This document shows, in pieces, positions 32,837 to 43,140 of a stretch of DNA of 64,000 nucleotides (positions are counted from its first letter, which is position 1; each line of letters begins with the position of its first letter). The translations under genes were made by a program, and so were the position numbers. The notes beneath the pieces are model-generated. The model worked only from the letters and a program-made list of their open reading frames with translations, did no database searches and was not told the DNA's origin. This DNA is from an uncultured delta proteobacterium (lineage in GTDB: Bacteria > Desulfobacterota > Syntrophia > Syntrophales > UBA2185), in the NCBI GenBank assembly GCA_963695875.1, contig CAVOID010000011.1, positions 128,001 through 192,000 on the forward strand. Reading direction: 5' to 3'.

Positions 32837-33483
32837 AATGGGGATTATTGGGGGGCACATTTGATCCGATACATATCGGCCACCTGAGATGTGCCGAGGA
32901 AGTGCTGGAGACTTTTAATCTGAACAGGATTCTTTTTATTCCGGCTTCAAAGCCGCCGCATAAGATAGATGCCGATATCACATCTTTTCATCATCGGGAA
33001 CAGATGATTACGCTGGCCATCGAAGGCAACCCGGTATTCACGTATTCCGACGTGGAGAAGCGGCGTGAAGATAAATCATATTCGGTGGAAACGGTGGATC
33101 ACATCCTGAAGAAGTACATGGAGGATCTGGAGTTGTATTTCATCCTGGGTCAGGATGCCTTTCATGCCATCCATACGTGGAAGGATTGGGAACGGCTGTT
33201 GCTCTTATGTAATTTTGTGGTGATGACCAGACCCGGTTACGAGGAGAGGGGCCTGAAAGGAATTCTTCCTCCTGATTTCGCATCACAATTCATTTATGAC
33301 GATAAGGTAAAAGGCTTCAGAGGTCCTACCGGACACGTTATTTATTTCCGGGGGGTCACCTTTCTGGACATCTCATCCAGCGATATCAGGCAAAGGGTAA
33401 ACACGGGTAGCTCCATCAAATATCTGGTCCCTGAATCAGTCCGCCATTATATTGTGAAGAACTCTCTGTACAGAAACCTTTAA
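32833..33483 (+). CDS. nadD: Nicotinate-nucleotide adenylyltransferase
   Basis: [22 protein letters not shown]; downstream of proA. Confidence 0.95.
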   Translation: MKWGLLGGTFDPIHIGHLRCAEEVLETFNLNRILFIPASKPPHKIDADITSFHHREQMITLAIEGNPVFTYSDVEKRREDKSYSVETVDHILKKYMEDLELYFILGQDAFHAIHTWKDWERLLLLCNFVVMTRPGYEERGLKGILPPDFASQFIYDDKVKGFRGPTGHVIYFRGVTFLDISSSDIRQRVNTGSSIKYLVPESVRHYIVKNSLYRNL

Positions 33484-33532
33484 AATAATAGGTACTCATA
33501 CGTCTAATTCAAAGAATATTGCGGTTAAATGC

Positions 33533-34309
33533 GTGCTTGGACGGGCAGGGAAACTCGCGCTGACACTGGGTCTGGTTTTTATTTTTTTTGGTGCTGCCCC
33601 GGTGGGAGCAGAAGAGAAGTTTCCGAAACCGGTTGGTGCTGTCAATGATTTTGCAGGTGTGATCCCTCAAGACTACAAAAACCGGATGGAGGGTCTGGCA
33701 CGGGAGGTACTTGAAAAAACGGGGACGACAATCGTAGTTGCCACGGTGCAAAGCCTCGGGGATAACGAACTGAATGATTATGTAAATAACTTATACAAGG
33801 CATGGGGCATCGGTAAAAAAGGGGAGGATAAGGGCGTCCTGATTTTTCTTGCCTTGAAGGAAAGGAAATTCAGAATAGAAACGGGATACGGTGTTGAAGG
33901 TATCCTTCCTGATGGACTTGTGGGTGAAATTCGTGACAGATACGTAATTCCATATCTCAAACAGGGCGATTATGGCAAGGGTCTTTCCAATGCCATGACC
34001 GCCGTGGCTTCCATTGTGGCGAAAGCTGCCAATGTTTCTCTTACAGGCGGCGCACCTGTCAGTCAACCGAGAGAGAAGAAAGTTAGGCAGGGCAGTGGCA
34101 TATTGCCTCTGATCATTCTTCTTCTGATCTTGATTCCGCTCCTCGGTACGAGGCAGGGAAGGAGCATGCTCCCGTGGCTGCTCCTCATGATGCTGAGCGG
34201 GAGCGGCGGCAGAGGCGGCGGTGGAGGTTTTGGAAGCTTTGGAGGCGGCGGCTTTGGTGGTTTTGGAGGCGGAGCAAGCGGGGGCGGTGGAGCAAGCGGT
34301 GACTTCTGA
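33533..34309 (+). CDS. TPM domain protein (YgcG-like) with Gly-rich tail
   Basis: VNDFAG, WGIGKKGEDKGVL, RIETGYGVEG, GFGGFGGGASGGGGASG. Confidence 0.92.
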   Translation: MLGRAGKLALTLGLVFIFFGAAPVGAEEKFPKPVGAVNDFAGVIPQDYKNRMEGLAREVLEKTGTTIVVATVQSLGDNELNDYVNNLYKAWGIGKKGEDKGVLIFLALKERKFRIETGYGVEGILPDGLVGEIRDRYVIPYLKQGDYGKGLSNAMTAVASIVAKAANVSLTGGAPVSQPREKKVRQGSGILPLIILLLILIPLLGTRQGRSMLPWLLLMMLSGSGGRGGGGGFGSFGGGGFGGFGGGASGGGGASGDF

Positions 34310-34323
34310 AGGAGGGTTAGGAC

Positions 34324-35055
34324 ATGACAAAAGTACCAAAAAATCCTGAAGAAACTTTTGAAGAAATCACAGATGACTTCAAAAAGGTCTTCGGCAGCGA
34401 TCTCATTTCCATTATACTCTACGGAAGCGGAGCAAGCGGCCATTACGTTCCGGGGAAATCTGATCTCAATTTTTTTATAATCCTCTCGAAAGAAGGAATT
34501 GACAATCTGGACAAAGCCATCAGTATCGTTGCCCGGTGGCGGAAACGGAAAGCGGCAATACCTATATTTATGACAAAAGCAGAACTTTTATCTTCCCTCG
34601 ATTCATATCCCATTGAATTTCTCAGTATGAAAAGACATTATGTCCTTGTCTACGGCGAGGATGTTCTTGGCGGATTGTCCTTCGATCCATGCCATCTCAG
34701 ATTGCAGTTTGAGAGGGAGCTGAAAGGAAAAATCCTCCATTTGCGAAGGGGCCTGCTGGAAGCGGAAGGACGGGCAAAGCGGGTTCGCGAACTGATTCAA
34801 TCCTCCTTCATCGCATTTATCTCCATATTTAAAGCCCTCTTATACTTTAAAGGCATCGACATACCTCACAGCCGGCGGGATATTATCAAATCCGTCGCCG
34901 GGGCATATTCCATAGATGCGGATATTTTTCTGAAATGCGCCGATATCAAGGAAGACATCGACCGTATTCCGGCGTCTGAGATTGCATCCGTCTTTAAAGA
35001 CTATGTAAAAGAAATTGAAAAACTATCCGAAGAGATTGATCGCATGAACGTTTGA
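34324..35055 (+). CDS. Pol-beta-like nucleotidyltransferase domain protein
   Basis: SIILYGSGASGHYVPGKSDLN motif. Confidence 0.75.
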   Translation: MTKVPKNPEETFEEITDDFKKVFGSDLISIILYGSGASGHYVPGKSDLNFFIILSKEGIDNLDKAISIVARWRKRKAAIPIFMTKAELLSSLDSYPIEFLSMKRHYVLVYGEDVLGGLSFDPCHLRLQFERELKGKILHLRRGLLEAEGRAKRVRELIQSSFIAFISIFKALLYFKGIDIPHSRRDIIKSVAGAYSIDADIFLKCADIKEDIDRIPASEIASVFKDYVKEIEKLSEEIDRMNV

Positions 35056-35125
35056 AAACACCCTGACTTTAATAGAGTGTGTAGATCATATTTGAAAAGT
35101 TACGAAATATATCAGGAGGTACGGC

Positions 35126-35702
35126 ATGACCAGCGGGAAAAGAAACTCTCATCATTGCGGTTGTAATTGTACTTGTAGTTATTTTTGCTCTCTACTCCTT
35201 CTTCAAGGGAACTTATAACAACTTTGTTTCTTTGGATGAGGCGGTAAAAGGATCATGGGCTCAGGTGGAAAACCAGCTCCAGCGACGGTACGACCTGATT
35301 CCCAACCTTGTGGAGACGGTGAAAGGATACGCCAAACAGGAGAAGGATGTCCTTGTCGAGGTCACAAACGCCAGGGCAAAGGTAGGCGGTGCGACGAGTG
35401 TGCCGGATAAGATCAGCGCCAACAATGAATTGTCCAGCGCCCTGAGCAGGCTCCTGGTTGTGGTGGAAAGATATCCCGACCTCAAGTCCAACCAGAATTT
35501 CATGCGCCTCCAGGATGAGCTGGCGGGGACGGAAAACCGGATCGCCGTGGAGAGAAAACGTTATAACGACGCTGTGAAGACATACAATGTCGCGATCAGA
35601 AGCTTCCCGGCAAATTTACTGGCGGGCATGTTCGGTTTCCATGGTGCGACCTTCTTCGAGGCACCGGCGCCGGCAAAGGCCGCTCCGCAGGTAAAATTCT
35701 AG
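35126..35702 (+). CDS. lemA: LemA family protein (frameshift near N-terminus)
   Basis: WAQVENQLQRRYDLIPNLV, ERYPDLKS, ENRIAVER; RBS aggagg before ATG 35126. Confidence 0.92.
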
Positions 35703-35744
35703 GATGAAGGTTAATCTACGAAAAAGTTGATAGTATCTTAAGGA

Positions 35745-35857
35745 TTGAAGCTTCCAGCCCAAAGGACTGGGCTTCCCGGCAAGGAGATTATTTATTTTGC
35801 ATTGCGCCCCCTTGCCCCGCCTGAAAGGCAGGGTCTGCGGGTTGCGCTTCCGGTCGA
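35745..35857 (-). mobile_element. IS200/IS605-type miniature element, family 1 divergent copy C
   Basis: Colinear with 18129-18238; hairpins conserved with compensatory changes. Confidence 0.6.
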
Positions 35858-36149
35858 ATGGTCAAGGATTCAAGGATTCAAGTGCTTCAAAAAACTATTG
35901 AACCCTAGAATCCTTGATGCCTTTTTGCAACTAAACCTGATTAGATTATTCCCTGCCATACAGTTCCGCCATCTCCCGAATTCTTTCTGCTATGGATTGC
36001 AATTTTTGAGGGAAGCAGGAAATCTTACTCAATAATGGCTGTTATAAAGCTCCCCCTTCCGTCGAGATGGTTGTCATAACCGGCCAATGCGAGGGATCGT
36101 GATATGCCCCATTCAGGATGGATCGCTCCACACGTAAAAATCCTGATGT

Positions 36150-36660
36150 GCGAAAAGCCCTTTCAATCCTCCCACGTGCTCCGGCGAATAGGAGGGGATC
36201 ATCTCTATCCCCAAATGCCTCATGGCACGTCCAAATTGCGTCAGTTGGGTTTTACTTACCTTACCTCCCTCATCAGGCGTATACCAGTAATGACTCCCGC
36301 GGTCGGTATAAAGAGAGCTGAATAAACCATCCTTAAGAATTATCTCCTTCACCCCTCGAACACTGATCTTCGTTCCTTCCTCGGGGAGAGAGGACATCGA
36401 AGAATGCTCATTAGTTGCATCGTCCATGGTTACAATCAGGTCCCACTTCTTCCCTGGCACCCATTCATGAGTGCTTCCATCCTGATGTAACATCATGCCT
36501 GGTATAGGAGATCGTTCCCGTCGTTTACGATGCGCTCCCCGCTTAGGCGCCTTGGGAACCAATCCTTGCGACTGGAGGGTGCTCTTTACCCACGTGTAAC
36601 TCCTTTGACCACCATCGTGTTTATACCACCCATAAAAATGCTTTACGTTACATCTTGGAT
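36150..36660 (-). pseudogene. Truncated ISNCY/IS481-like transposase remnant
   Basis: HRKRRER.P.PGMMLHQDGS.H.W, MDDAT, LYTDRGSHY, TQFGRAM, YSPE; both ends missing. Confidence 0.85.
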
Positions 36661-36838
36661 CACTTTTTAAAGGGAAGAATTTATTATGTGGAAAAAGGAT
36701 TTTTGCTTGTTGCAGTCGACCACCGCAACAGGATATGTTATTATATAGTTCCGATGATTGACGTGCCATCTTTATTTATCTATATTTCGGCATGAAGCTT
36801 GATAAACGCCAACACCACGACAATCCAAGGAGGATAAG

Positions 36839-37747
36839 ATGAACAGAACCGTTACAACAGTCATAGATACAGGGAAGTGTATTGGCTGCGGCTTGTGCGT
36901 GGAGGTCTGCCCATACGGAACTATTTCCATGGAGGGTGAAAAGGCTGTTGTGTCCGGAGTCAGATCAATGTCCTGCGGGCACTGCGCCGCAGTCTGCCCC
37001 GCCGATGCGATCAGGGTGAACGCGATTGACAAAGAGTCAGCCGGCTTCGCCACCTTCACAGCGGATGATGCATGGCTGCCACACGGTGAGTATGACACGG
37101 TGCAGCTCGTCAGACTTATGAGTTCAAGGCGCTCCTGCCGCAATTTTCGTGATTTACCTGTGAATCGCGCGCTACTTGACGATCTGGTCAAGATCGGCAT
37201 CACGGCTCCCTCCGGAACAAACAGCCAGTTATGGACATTTACCATGCTGCCCACGCGGAAAGCTGTCCTGAATCTCGGAGAGCGTGTCGCCACCTTTTTC
37301 AAGAAACTCAATCGTATGTCCGAAAAGAGATATCTGCGACATTTTTTGAAACTCATCGGCAAACCGGAATTGGATGAATATTTCCGTGGGTATCACGATT
37401 CCGTGGAGGAGGCACTCGCCAAATGGGATAACTCCGGAATTGACAAGCTGTTTCATGGGGCAACGGCGGCTATGGTGATAGGATCAAAGCCGGGGGCTTC
37501 CTGTCCGGGGGAAGACGCCCTTCTTGCCTCGCAGAATATTTTGCTTGCTGCACACAGCATGGGATTGGGTACCTGCCTCATAGGTTTTGCAGTAGAGGCC
37601 ATGAAGCAGGACATTACAATCAAGAGATTTTTAGGTATCCCGGATGATGAGCAGGTGTATTCTGTGATTGCCCTTGGGTATCCCGATGAGAAATACCAGC
37701 GGACAGCGGGCAGGAAAAAATATACACAGCGATATTATGAGGTATGA
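36839..37747 (+). CDS. Nitroreductase with N-terminal 4Fe-4S ferredoxin domain
   Basis: CIGCGLCVEVCP, CGHCAAVCP, RRSCRNF, APSGTNSQ, GLGTCLIG. Confidence 0.92.
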   Translation: MNRTVTTVIDTGKCIGCGLCVEVCPYGTISMEGEKAVVSGVRSMSCGHCAAVCPADAIRVNAIDKESAGFATFTADDAWLPHGEYDTVQLVRLMSSRRSCRNFRDLPVNRALLDDLVKIGITAPSGTNSQLWTFTMLPTRKAVLNLGERVATFFKKLNRMSEKRYLRHFLKLIGKPELDEYFRGYHDSVEEALAKWDNSGIDKLFHGATAAMVIGSKPGASCPGEDALLASQNILLAAHSMGLGTCLIGFAVEAMKQDITIKRFLGIPDDEQVYSVIALGYPDEKYQRTAGRKKYTQRYYEV

Positions 37748-37822
37748 ACATCATACCAAATCACTCGACAGGCGCAGGTCAGGAGATCGGGCTCATCGTC
37801 TTGATTTGCAGATAGTGAGATT

Positions 37823-37932
37823 GTGAAGCTCCCCGCCCCCAGGGCGGGGCTTCCCGGAAAGGAAACCATGCTTACATTGCACCCCTTATCCCCGCCTACA
37901 AGGCGGGGCTTGCGGGATGTGCCCCCTGTCAA
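37823..37932 (-). mobile_element. IS200/IS605-type miniature element, family 1 copy B
   Basis: 110 bp; minus strand runs TTGAC...TTCAC; two GC hairpins. Confidence 0.65.
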
Positions 37933-38014
37933 TTTCTGATTGCTATGGCAAGTAATACGGTTTAAAATTAAAATAAAGCATTCATGATGGTTTTTCATCA
38001 CAAAGGATACCACT

Positions 38015-39684
38015 ATGACCGATTACAAACAATTTTATGGCTTTTCAGCAAGCCCATTTAATCTTTCTACGGATCCAAAATTCTTCTTTCCCGCGGAAAG
38101 CCATAAAGAAGCCTTAGCCGCCCTGTTATATGGGATTAACGAGAGAAAGGGATTTATCCTTATCCTGGGAGAAAAGGGAATCGGCAAAACCGCCGTGATT
38201 CACAAAATGATCACCATGTATCATCTGCACCAATCACCGTATTTTGGATTATTGGGCAAGACCACCATGATTGACCGCGTGACTGAAACGTTAGGCTACA
38301 GGGTAAAAACTGTGTACTTCCCTCGCGGCCGCATCACTTTCGAGCAAATGTTAAAGGAAATCCTCGTTAAATTAAATCTGCCATTGAGAGAGGGAGCCAA
38401 GGGCTCTATGATGCATGAGCTGTATTACTATCTGATTCAAAGTCTGGAACGGAATGAGAATGTTGTAATCATCATTGACGATGCCCATGAAATAAGTCTG
38501 GAGGCAATTGAAGAATTACGCTTGCTCTCAAACCTGGAGACCAGTAAATCAAAGTTGCTTCAGATTGTTCTTGTAGGTCAGCCGGAGCTCAAAGCAAAAC
38601 TCCGTTCTGAAGTTATAAGGCAGATCAGACAGCGGATTGTTATAAATCGTGAGATAGGTCCTCTGACCGAAGAAGAATCCATGGAATACATCAATCACCG
38701 GTTAAAAATTGCGGGAAGCAGCAGCTCCAAGGTCTTCACAGATGAGGCCCTATCTTTGATCTGCCGGTATGCAAAAGGAATTCCCCATACAATCAATTTG
38801 CTTTGCAGTAACGCCATATCGATCGGTTATGGACTTTCCGAGAAGAAGATTTCCGCTTCAACTGTGAAGAATGTCCAAAGAGAAAAAGGTATCTCAACAC
38901 AGAAAAGTGATCAAACAAAGATTCCCGAACTTAAACGAAATCCACTGAGAAGGATTTCCTATGTCTTTCTGACGCTGGCTATCTTTGCAACGGTTATATT
39001 CTTTAGCAAGGACTTTCTGCAAAATATCTTTAGAACACAGGAGACAAAAAATTTAATCCAACAGCCGGTCTTGAAGGATAAAGGTGAAACTTTTAAATCT
39101 GAAGCTAAACATCGTGGCGCTCCTAAAACTGATGCAGCCGCGCCGAGTGCCGTTGTCAGAAACCTACTGCTAAAAACTACGGAAACCCCTGCATCATCTC
39201 CGGCTGATTTGAGCAAGCCCGGCACTGACATTCCTGTAAAAAAGGTCGTCGAAGTGAAGAAAGGGTTAACCCTCTCTTTATTGGCTCTTAAATACTATAA
39301 TGAGGCAAATCTGACTCTCGTTGACCATATTTGGCAGGTCAACCCGGAAATAACAAACCCGGATCTTATCCTGGTCAGTCAGAAAATAAAGATACCGGAA
39401 ATTACGGATTCGTCATTGATCAGATATTCTTCAGATGGTTCATGCAAGGTATACCTGGGAACTTTTCCAAATCGTCAAGATGCCGCCCGATACGAAATTT
39501 TATAAAGGTTTAAAGGGGAAAAATATTGAGATTGTACCGCAGGAAAGTATCGCAAACAGTTACCTGGTATAGAGCAACGGCTGGACCTTTTGAAAACAAA
39601 AATGAGGGATTGAAGGTCGTAGAGGAATTGAAAAAGAATGGTCTTCTGCCATCCTTTCCAAGATCTGCCAACAAAAAATATTAA
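38015..39684 (+). CDS. ExeA/GspA-like AAA ATPase with TM segment and LysM/SPOR-like C-terminus (frameshifts ~39500-39545)
   Basis: FYGFSASPF, GEKGIGKT, IIIDDAH, LRLLSNLET, LVGQPEL; NPEITNPDLI; WYRATAGPF in a downstream frame. Confidence 0.85.
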
Positions 39685-39774
39685 GGGGCAGTCTGTAGGA
39701 AGCCCGAATATCTGTGACTTCAGATAGAAGCCGTTGAAAAGTTGTTATTAATGTCTCTAAAGGTCGCGTTCAGT

Positions 39775-40137
39775 TCAGGCATCTTTTCCATCTCTCACAT
39801 TGAGAAAGTTTCTTTTCCCAATTCTATAGGCGTCTATCACGGAAAAAAGCCAGCAGCATGCAATAAATACGAATATGATGTCGGAATAAATGGCATTGGG
39901 TGTCGAATATGTAGTGGCAAGATTCACAATTGTATCCATATCAGCGTTCCCACCTTCAATTTTAATTTTCTTTAGACTCTCCAGAGCACCAACAGTTGCC
40001 ATTCCAATAATAAACGTCAGTCCCAGTATCACAGGTATGATAATGGTTAGCCCTCGCATGTATCGTTTGAGATAAATCTGACCCAGACCCGGGAACACCA
40101 ATCCCGATAATAAAGCAGCTTTAACGGGGCTTTTCAT
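39775..40137 (-). CDS. Membrane hypothetical protein
   Basis: KAALLSGLVFPGLGQIY...WLFSVIDAY, hydrophobic segments; RBS aggagg. Confidence 0.75.
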   Translation of the reverse strand: MKSPVKAALLSGLVFPGLGQIYLKRYMRGLTIIIPVILGLTFIIGMATVGALESLKKIKIEGGNADMDTIVNLATTYSTPNAIYSDIIFVFIACCWLFSVIDAYRIGKRNFLNVRDGKDA

Positions 40138-40221
40138 ATTTCACCTCCTGCCAACTATATTTGGCCGACTTACCTGCCTGTTAGTTTTGTACCACATCTT
40201 AATTAAAAGTTCCGCCGTTTT

Positions 40222-40337
40222 TTGAAGCTCCCCGCAGTAAACTGCGGAGAATCCGATCCGCAAGGAATAATGATGTTTCCCATTCGCTCGCTTACCCCGC
40301 AGCACGCTACGGGGCAAGCACTCGCTGCCGGATTCAT
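40222..40337 (-). mobile_element. IS200/IS605-type miniature element, family 2 copy D
   Basis: Colinear with 60991-61108; two hairpins; TTCAA terminus on minus strand. Confidence 0.6.
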
Positions 40338-40477
40338 CCTTTTATAGGTTGCTGCCCCCTCCAAAGAGGGCAAAATTCCAACTTGCTGGTGCATAATTCC
40401 CCAATAAGGAAAACGCCGGTATTCCCCCTTAATTTCTTAAGTTGCTGTTTTAGGATGGTTTCCCATAAATTTCCTGT

Positions 40478-40494
40478 CTGGCATATCCTTTGCT
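40478..40494 (+). promoter_or_regulatory. Putative sigma54 -24/-12 promoter
   Basis: cTGGCAtatcctTTGCt matches TGGCA-N6-TTGC spacing. Confidence 0.45.
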
Positions 40495-40706
40495 GTTGAT
40501 TTCCCTTAATAGTAAAAGGAGCCGACTGGGAAGTCCCAAATTTTGACCCTAAAACGTATCAAACTACCTTTAAAGGAGACAAAAATATGGAAAAGAAAAA
40601 TTAAAAGTAGGATTTGCAGAGGGGAAGCAAGGGATAAAATCTATTTTTGCGCTAATGAAACAATGTGGTATAATGTCGCAAATTAAATCTGAAAAGGAGA
40701 ATCAAA

Positions 40707-41009
40707 ATGATGAAAAAGCTTTTATTGAAGATTTTTATAATAGGTCTTGCCCTGGCATTTGCCGGTACCATCTGTTTTGCAGCGGATGCAAAAAATATAG
40801 CTCAAACAGATCAGGAACAATATGTCAATATTAATAAGGCATCCAAGAATCCGCTTATGACCCTGCCGGGTATTAATGATTTTATTGCACAAAAGATCAT
40901 CGACAACCGTCCGTATAAAAATAAGGAAGAGCTCAAAACAAAGAAAATTATACCGGCCGATCTCTATGAGAAGATAAAGAGCAGGATCATCACAAGAGAC
41001 CCCACATAG
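40707..41009 (+). CDS. Secreted ComEA-like helix-hairpin-helix protein
   Basis: Signal peptide; VNINKAS...LPGI...KIIDNRPYK. Confidence 0.85.
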   Translation: MMKKLLLKIFIIGLALAFAGTICFAADAKNIAQTDQEQYVNINKASKNPLMTLPGINDFIAQKIIDNRPYKNKEELKTKKIIPADLYEKIKSRIITRDPT

Positions 41010-41043
41010 AAAATGTTAATAGCATGTTCTTGGTGGTTTAAAG

Positions 41044-41079
41044 AAATAAGCCCCGGATATCCTTCCGGGGTTTATTTTT
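41044..41079 (+). terminator. Intrinsic terminator
   Basis: aaataagccccgga...tccggggtttattttt. Confidence 0.75.
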
Positions 41080-41124
41080 GGATTTTTTACGATGACATCC
41101 ATATTTTTGTGGTAAGATACAAAC

Positions 41125-42258
41125 ATGTTGGAACCAAATGCTATTATTTTAAGGGAAGATCCGGCAAAAGAATGGTCACACCCCTGGCTGGTCAGTTTTG
41201 TTAACTTTTGTCTCAGCTTCGCTGCCATGAGCTCTTTTATTTTTCTTCCCCTCCTGGGTGCGGAATTTGGAGCGTCTGATTTTGAAATCGGATTGATCGG
41301 GGGCGTCTATGGAATAACTTTTTTATTTTCTTCTCTTTTTTCAGGGTGGAAATCCGATCACCTGGGAAGGCTTCTTTTTGTGCGGTGGGGACTATTGATA
41401 AGCAGCATAGCTTTCGCCGCCCAGCTTCTGGCCCATAGTGTTCTCGTATTGATTATTGTTCGGGGAGCTGTGGGGTTTGCTCTGGGCATTGCTGTTGCAG
41501 CAACAATCACCTATGCGTTTGAATCAGGCGCCAATATGGGTAAGTACAGCTCTTACGGATCCCTGGGTTGGATTTTCGGCGCCATAGCGTCGGCGCTCGT
41601 GGGCGATATAGACCTTCTTTTCTGGCTCAGTTTTCTGTTTTGCCTGCTGGCCTTTTTCATTTCCCTGGCTTTTAAGAAGGTGCCGACGGTGACTTTTTCC
41701 AAACCACCCAATCTGTGGCATGTGATGCGCCGTGATTACAGGATTTACCTTGCGGTATTCCTGCGACACCTGGGCGCCAGTGCCTTCTGGATCATATTCC
41801 CGCTATACCTGGTTTCCATCGGTCTCGATAACTTCTGGATCGGTCTTCTATGGGGGACTAACTTTGCTGTGCAGTTCGTGGTCATGCGCCAGCTGGAGCG
41901 TTTTTCTGAATTTAAAACGTTTTTTTACGGTCAACTGCTGTCACTTTTTGTGTTTACTGCCTATATCTTTGTTACCGGCCGGTTTTACCTGATCATGGTG
42001 CAGGCGCTTATGGGCGTGGCCTGGTCCTGTCTCTATGTAGGCGCGCTGCTTATTGTCATGCGGGGCGGGAAAGAAAAGGGCACGGCCGGAGGCATATTCC
42101 AGTCTACGCTGAATTTGTGCAACGCAGTGGGGCCGATACTAGGAGGCCTCATTGCCCAGGGATGGGGATACCGCGGCGTTATGTTTTTCTCCGCCGCCCT
42201 GTGTCTGGGTGGAATGTTCGTAGCCGTGCCTGTGAACCGGAGAGTAACCGATAGTTAG
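41125..42258 (+). CDS. MFS transporter (start uncertain)
   Basis: About 12 hydrophobic segments; SGWKSDHLGR motif A. Confidence 0.88.
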   Translation: MLEPNAIILREDPAKEWSHPWLVSFVNFCLSFAAMSSFIFLPLLGAEFGASDFEIGLIGGVYGITFLFSSLFSGWKSDHLGRLLFVRWGLLISSIAFAAQLLAHSVLVLIIVRGAVGFALGIAVAATITYAFESGANMGKYSSYGSLGWIFGAIASALVGDIDLLFWLSFLFCLLAFFISLAFKKVPTVTFSKPPNLWHVMRRDYRIYLAVFLRHLGASAFWIIFPLYLVSIGLDNFWIGLLWGTNFAVQFVVMRQLERFSEFKTFFYGQLLSLFVFTAYIFVTGRFYLIMVQALMGVAWSCLYVGALLIVMRGGKEKGTAGGIFQSTLNLCNAVGPILGGLIAQGWGYRGVMFFSAALCLGGMFVAVPVNRRVTDS

Positions 42259-42292
42259 TCTACCATACTCATGTCAACCAAGGAGGAAGCAT

Positions 42293-43069
42293 ATGAAATA
42301 TGAACTTACAACCTTTGATCAGACGAGCGGCATTGGAACGATAACCCTGAATCATCCGGAAAAAAGGAACGCCCTTTCCCTCGATATGCTCAAAGAGCTT
42401 AACGATCTTTTAGACAACCTTAAAAAAAACACGGATATAAAAGTTGTCATTATCAAGGGGGCGGGCAAAATTTTTTCCTCCGGTCACGACCTTTCGGAGA
42501 TGGTCAATGAAGGACTCGTGGACTACATGGAAGTCTTCCAGACATGCAGCACCTTTATGCAGAAAATACAGGAGATGCCGCAGCCTTTTGTCGCCCAGGT
42601 CCACGGTGTAGCCACGGCGGCGGGATGCCAACTCGTGGCTGCATGTGACCTTGCCGTCGCGGAGGAAGGGACACGTTTTGCCACACCCGGTGTCAGGCTC
42701 GGCATCTTCTGCACGACCCCGGCGATTCCCCTGGTCCGTGCCGTGGGAAGAAAGCGCGCCCTGGAAATGCTCTTCACGGGACGCATGATTTCGGCAAGAG
42801 AAGCGGAGCAGTATGGTCTTGTCAACAAGGTCGTACCGTTCGACAAGCTGGAGGAAGAAACAAAAGCACTGGCCGAGAAGATCGCTGAGGCAAGTCCGCT
42901 GACGCTCCGGATCGGCAAGCAGGCTTTTTATGCCCAGGTCAACTTGAGTGATGCCCAGGCATATAACATCGGCAATGAAGTTATGGTAGGCAATCTGTTT
43001 GCAGAAGACGCCAATGAGGGCATCCGTGCCTTCCTTGAAAAACGTAAACCCGTATGGACGGGTAAATAA
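42293..43069 (+). CDS. Enoyl-CoA hydratase/isomerase
   Basis: LNHPEKRNAL, FSSGHDL, AAGCQLVAACDL, FLEKRKP. Confidence 0.93.
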   Translation: MKYELTTFDQTSGIGTITLNHPEKRNALSLDMLKELNDLLDNLKKNTDIKVVIIKGAGKIFSSGHDLSEMVNEGLVDYMEVFQTCSTFMQKIQEMPQPFVAQVHGVATAAGCQLVAACDLAVAEEGTRFATPGVRLGIFCTTPAIPLVRAVGRKRALEMLFTGRMISAREAEQYGLVNKVVPFDKLEEETKALAEKIAEASPLTLRIGKQAFYAQVNLSDAQAYNIGNEVMVGNLFAEDANEGIRAFLEKRKPVWTGK

Positions 43070-43140
43070 GAGATTTATCATTTTGACCGGCGGTTTACTC
43101 AGGGTGAACCCCGGGAGAAATCTTTTGAGCCATTGAAACC

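Noticed and set aside
34195..34305. GGC-rich low-complexity repeat
   Set aside because: Normal Gly-rich tail of TPM-domain proteins
36113..36769. Intact transposase
   Set aside because: Only the central part is transposase-like; both termini and the IS ends are missing
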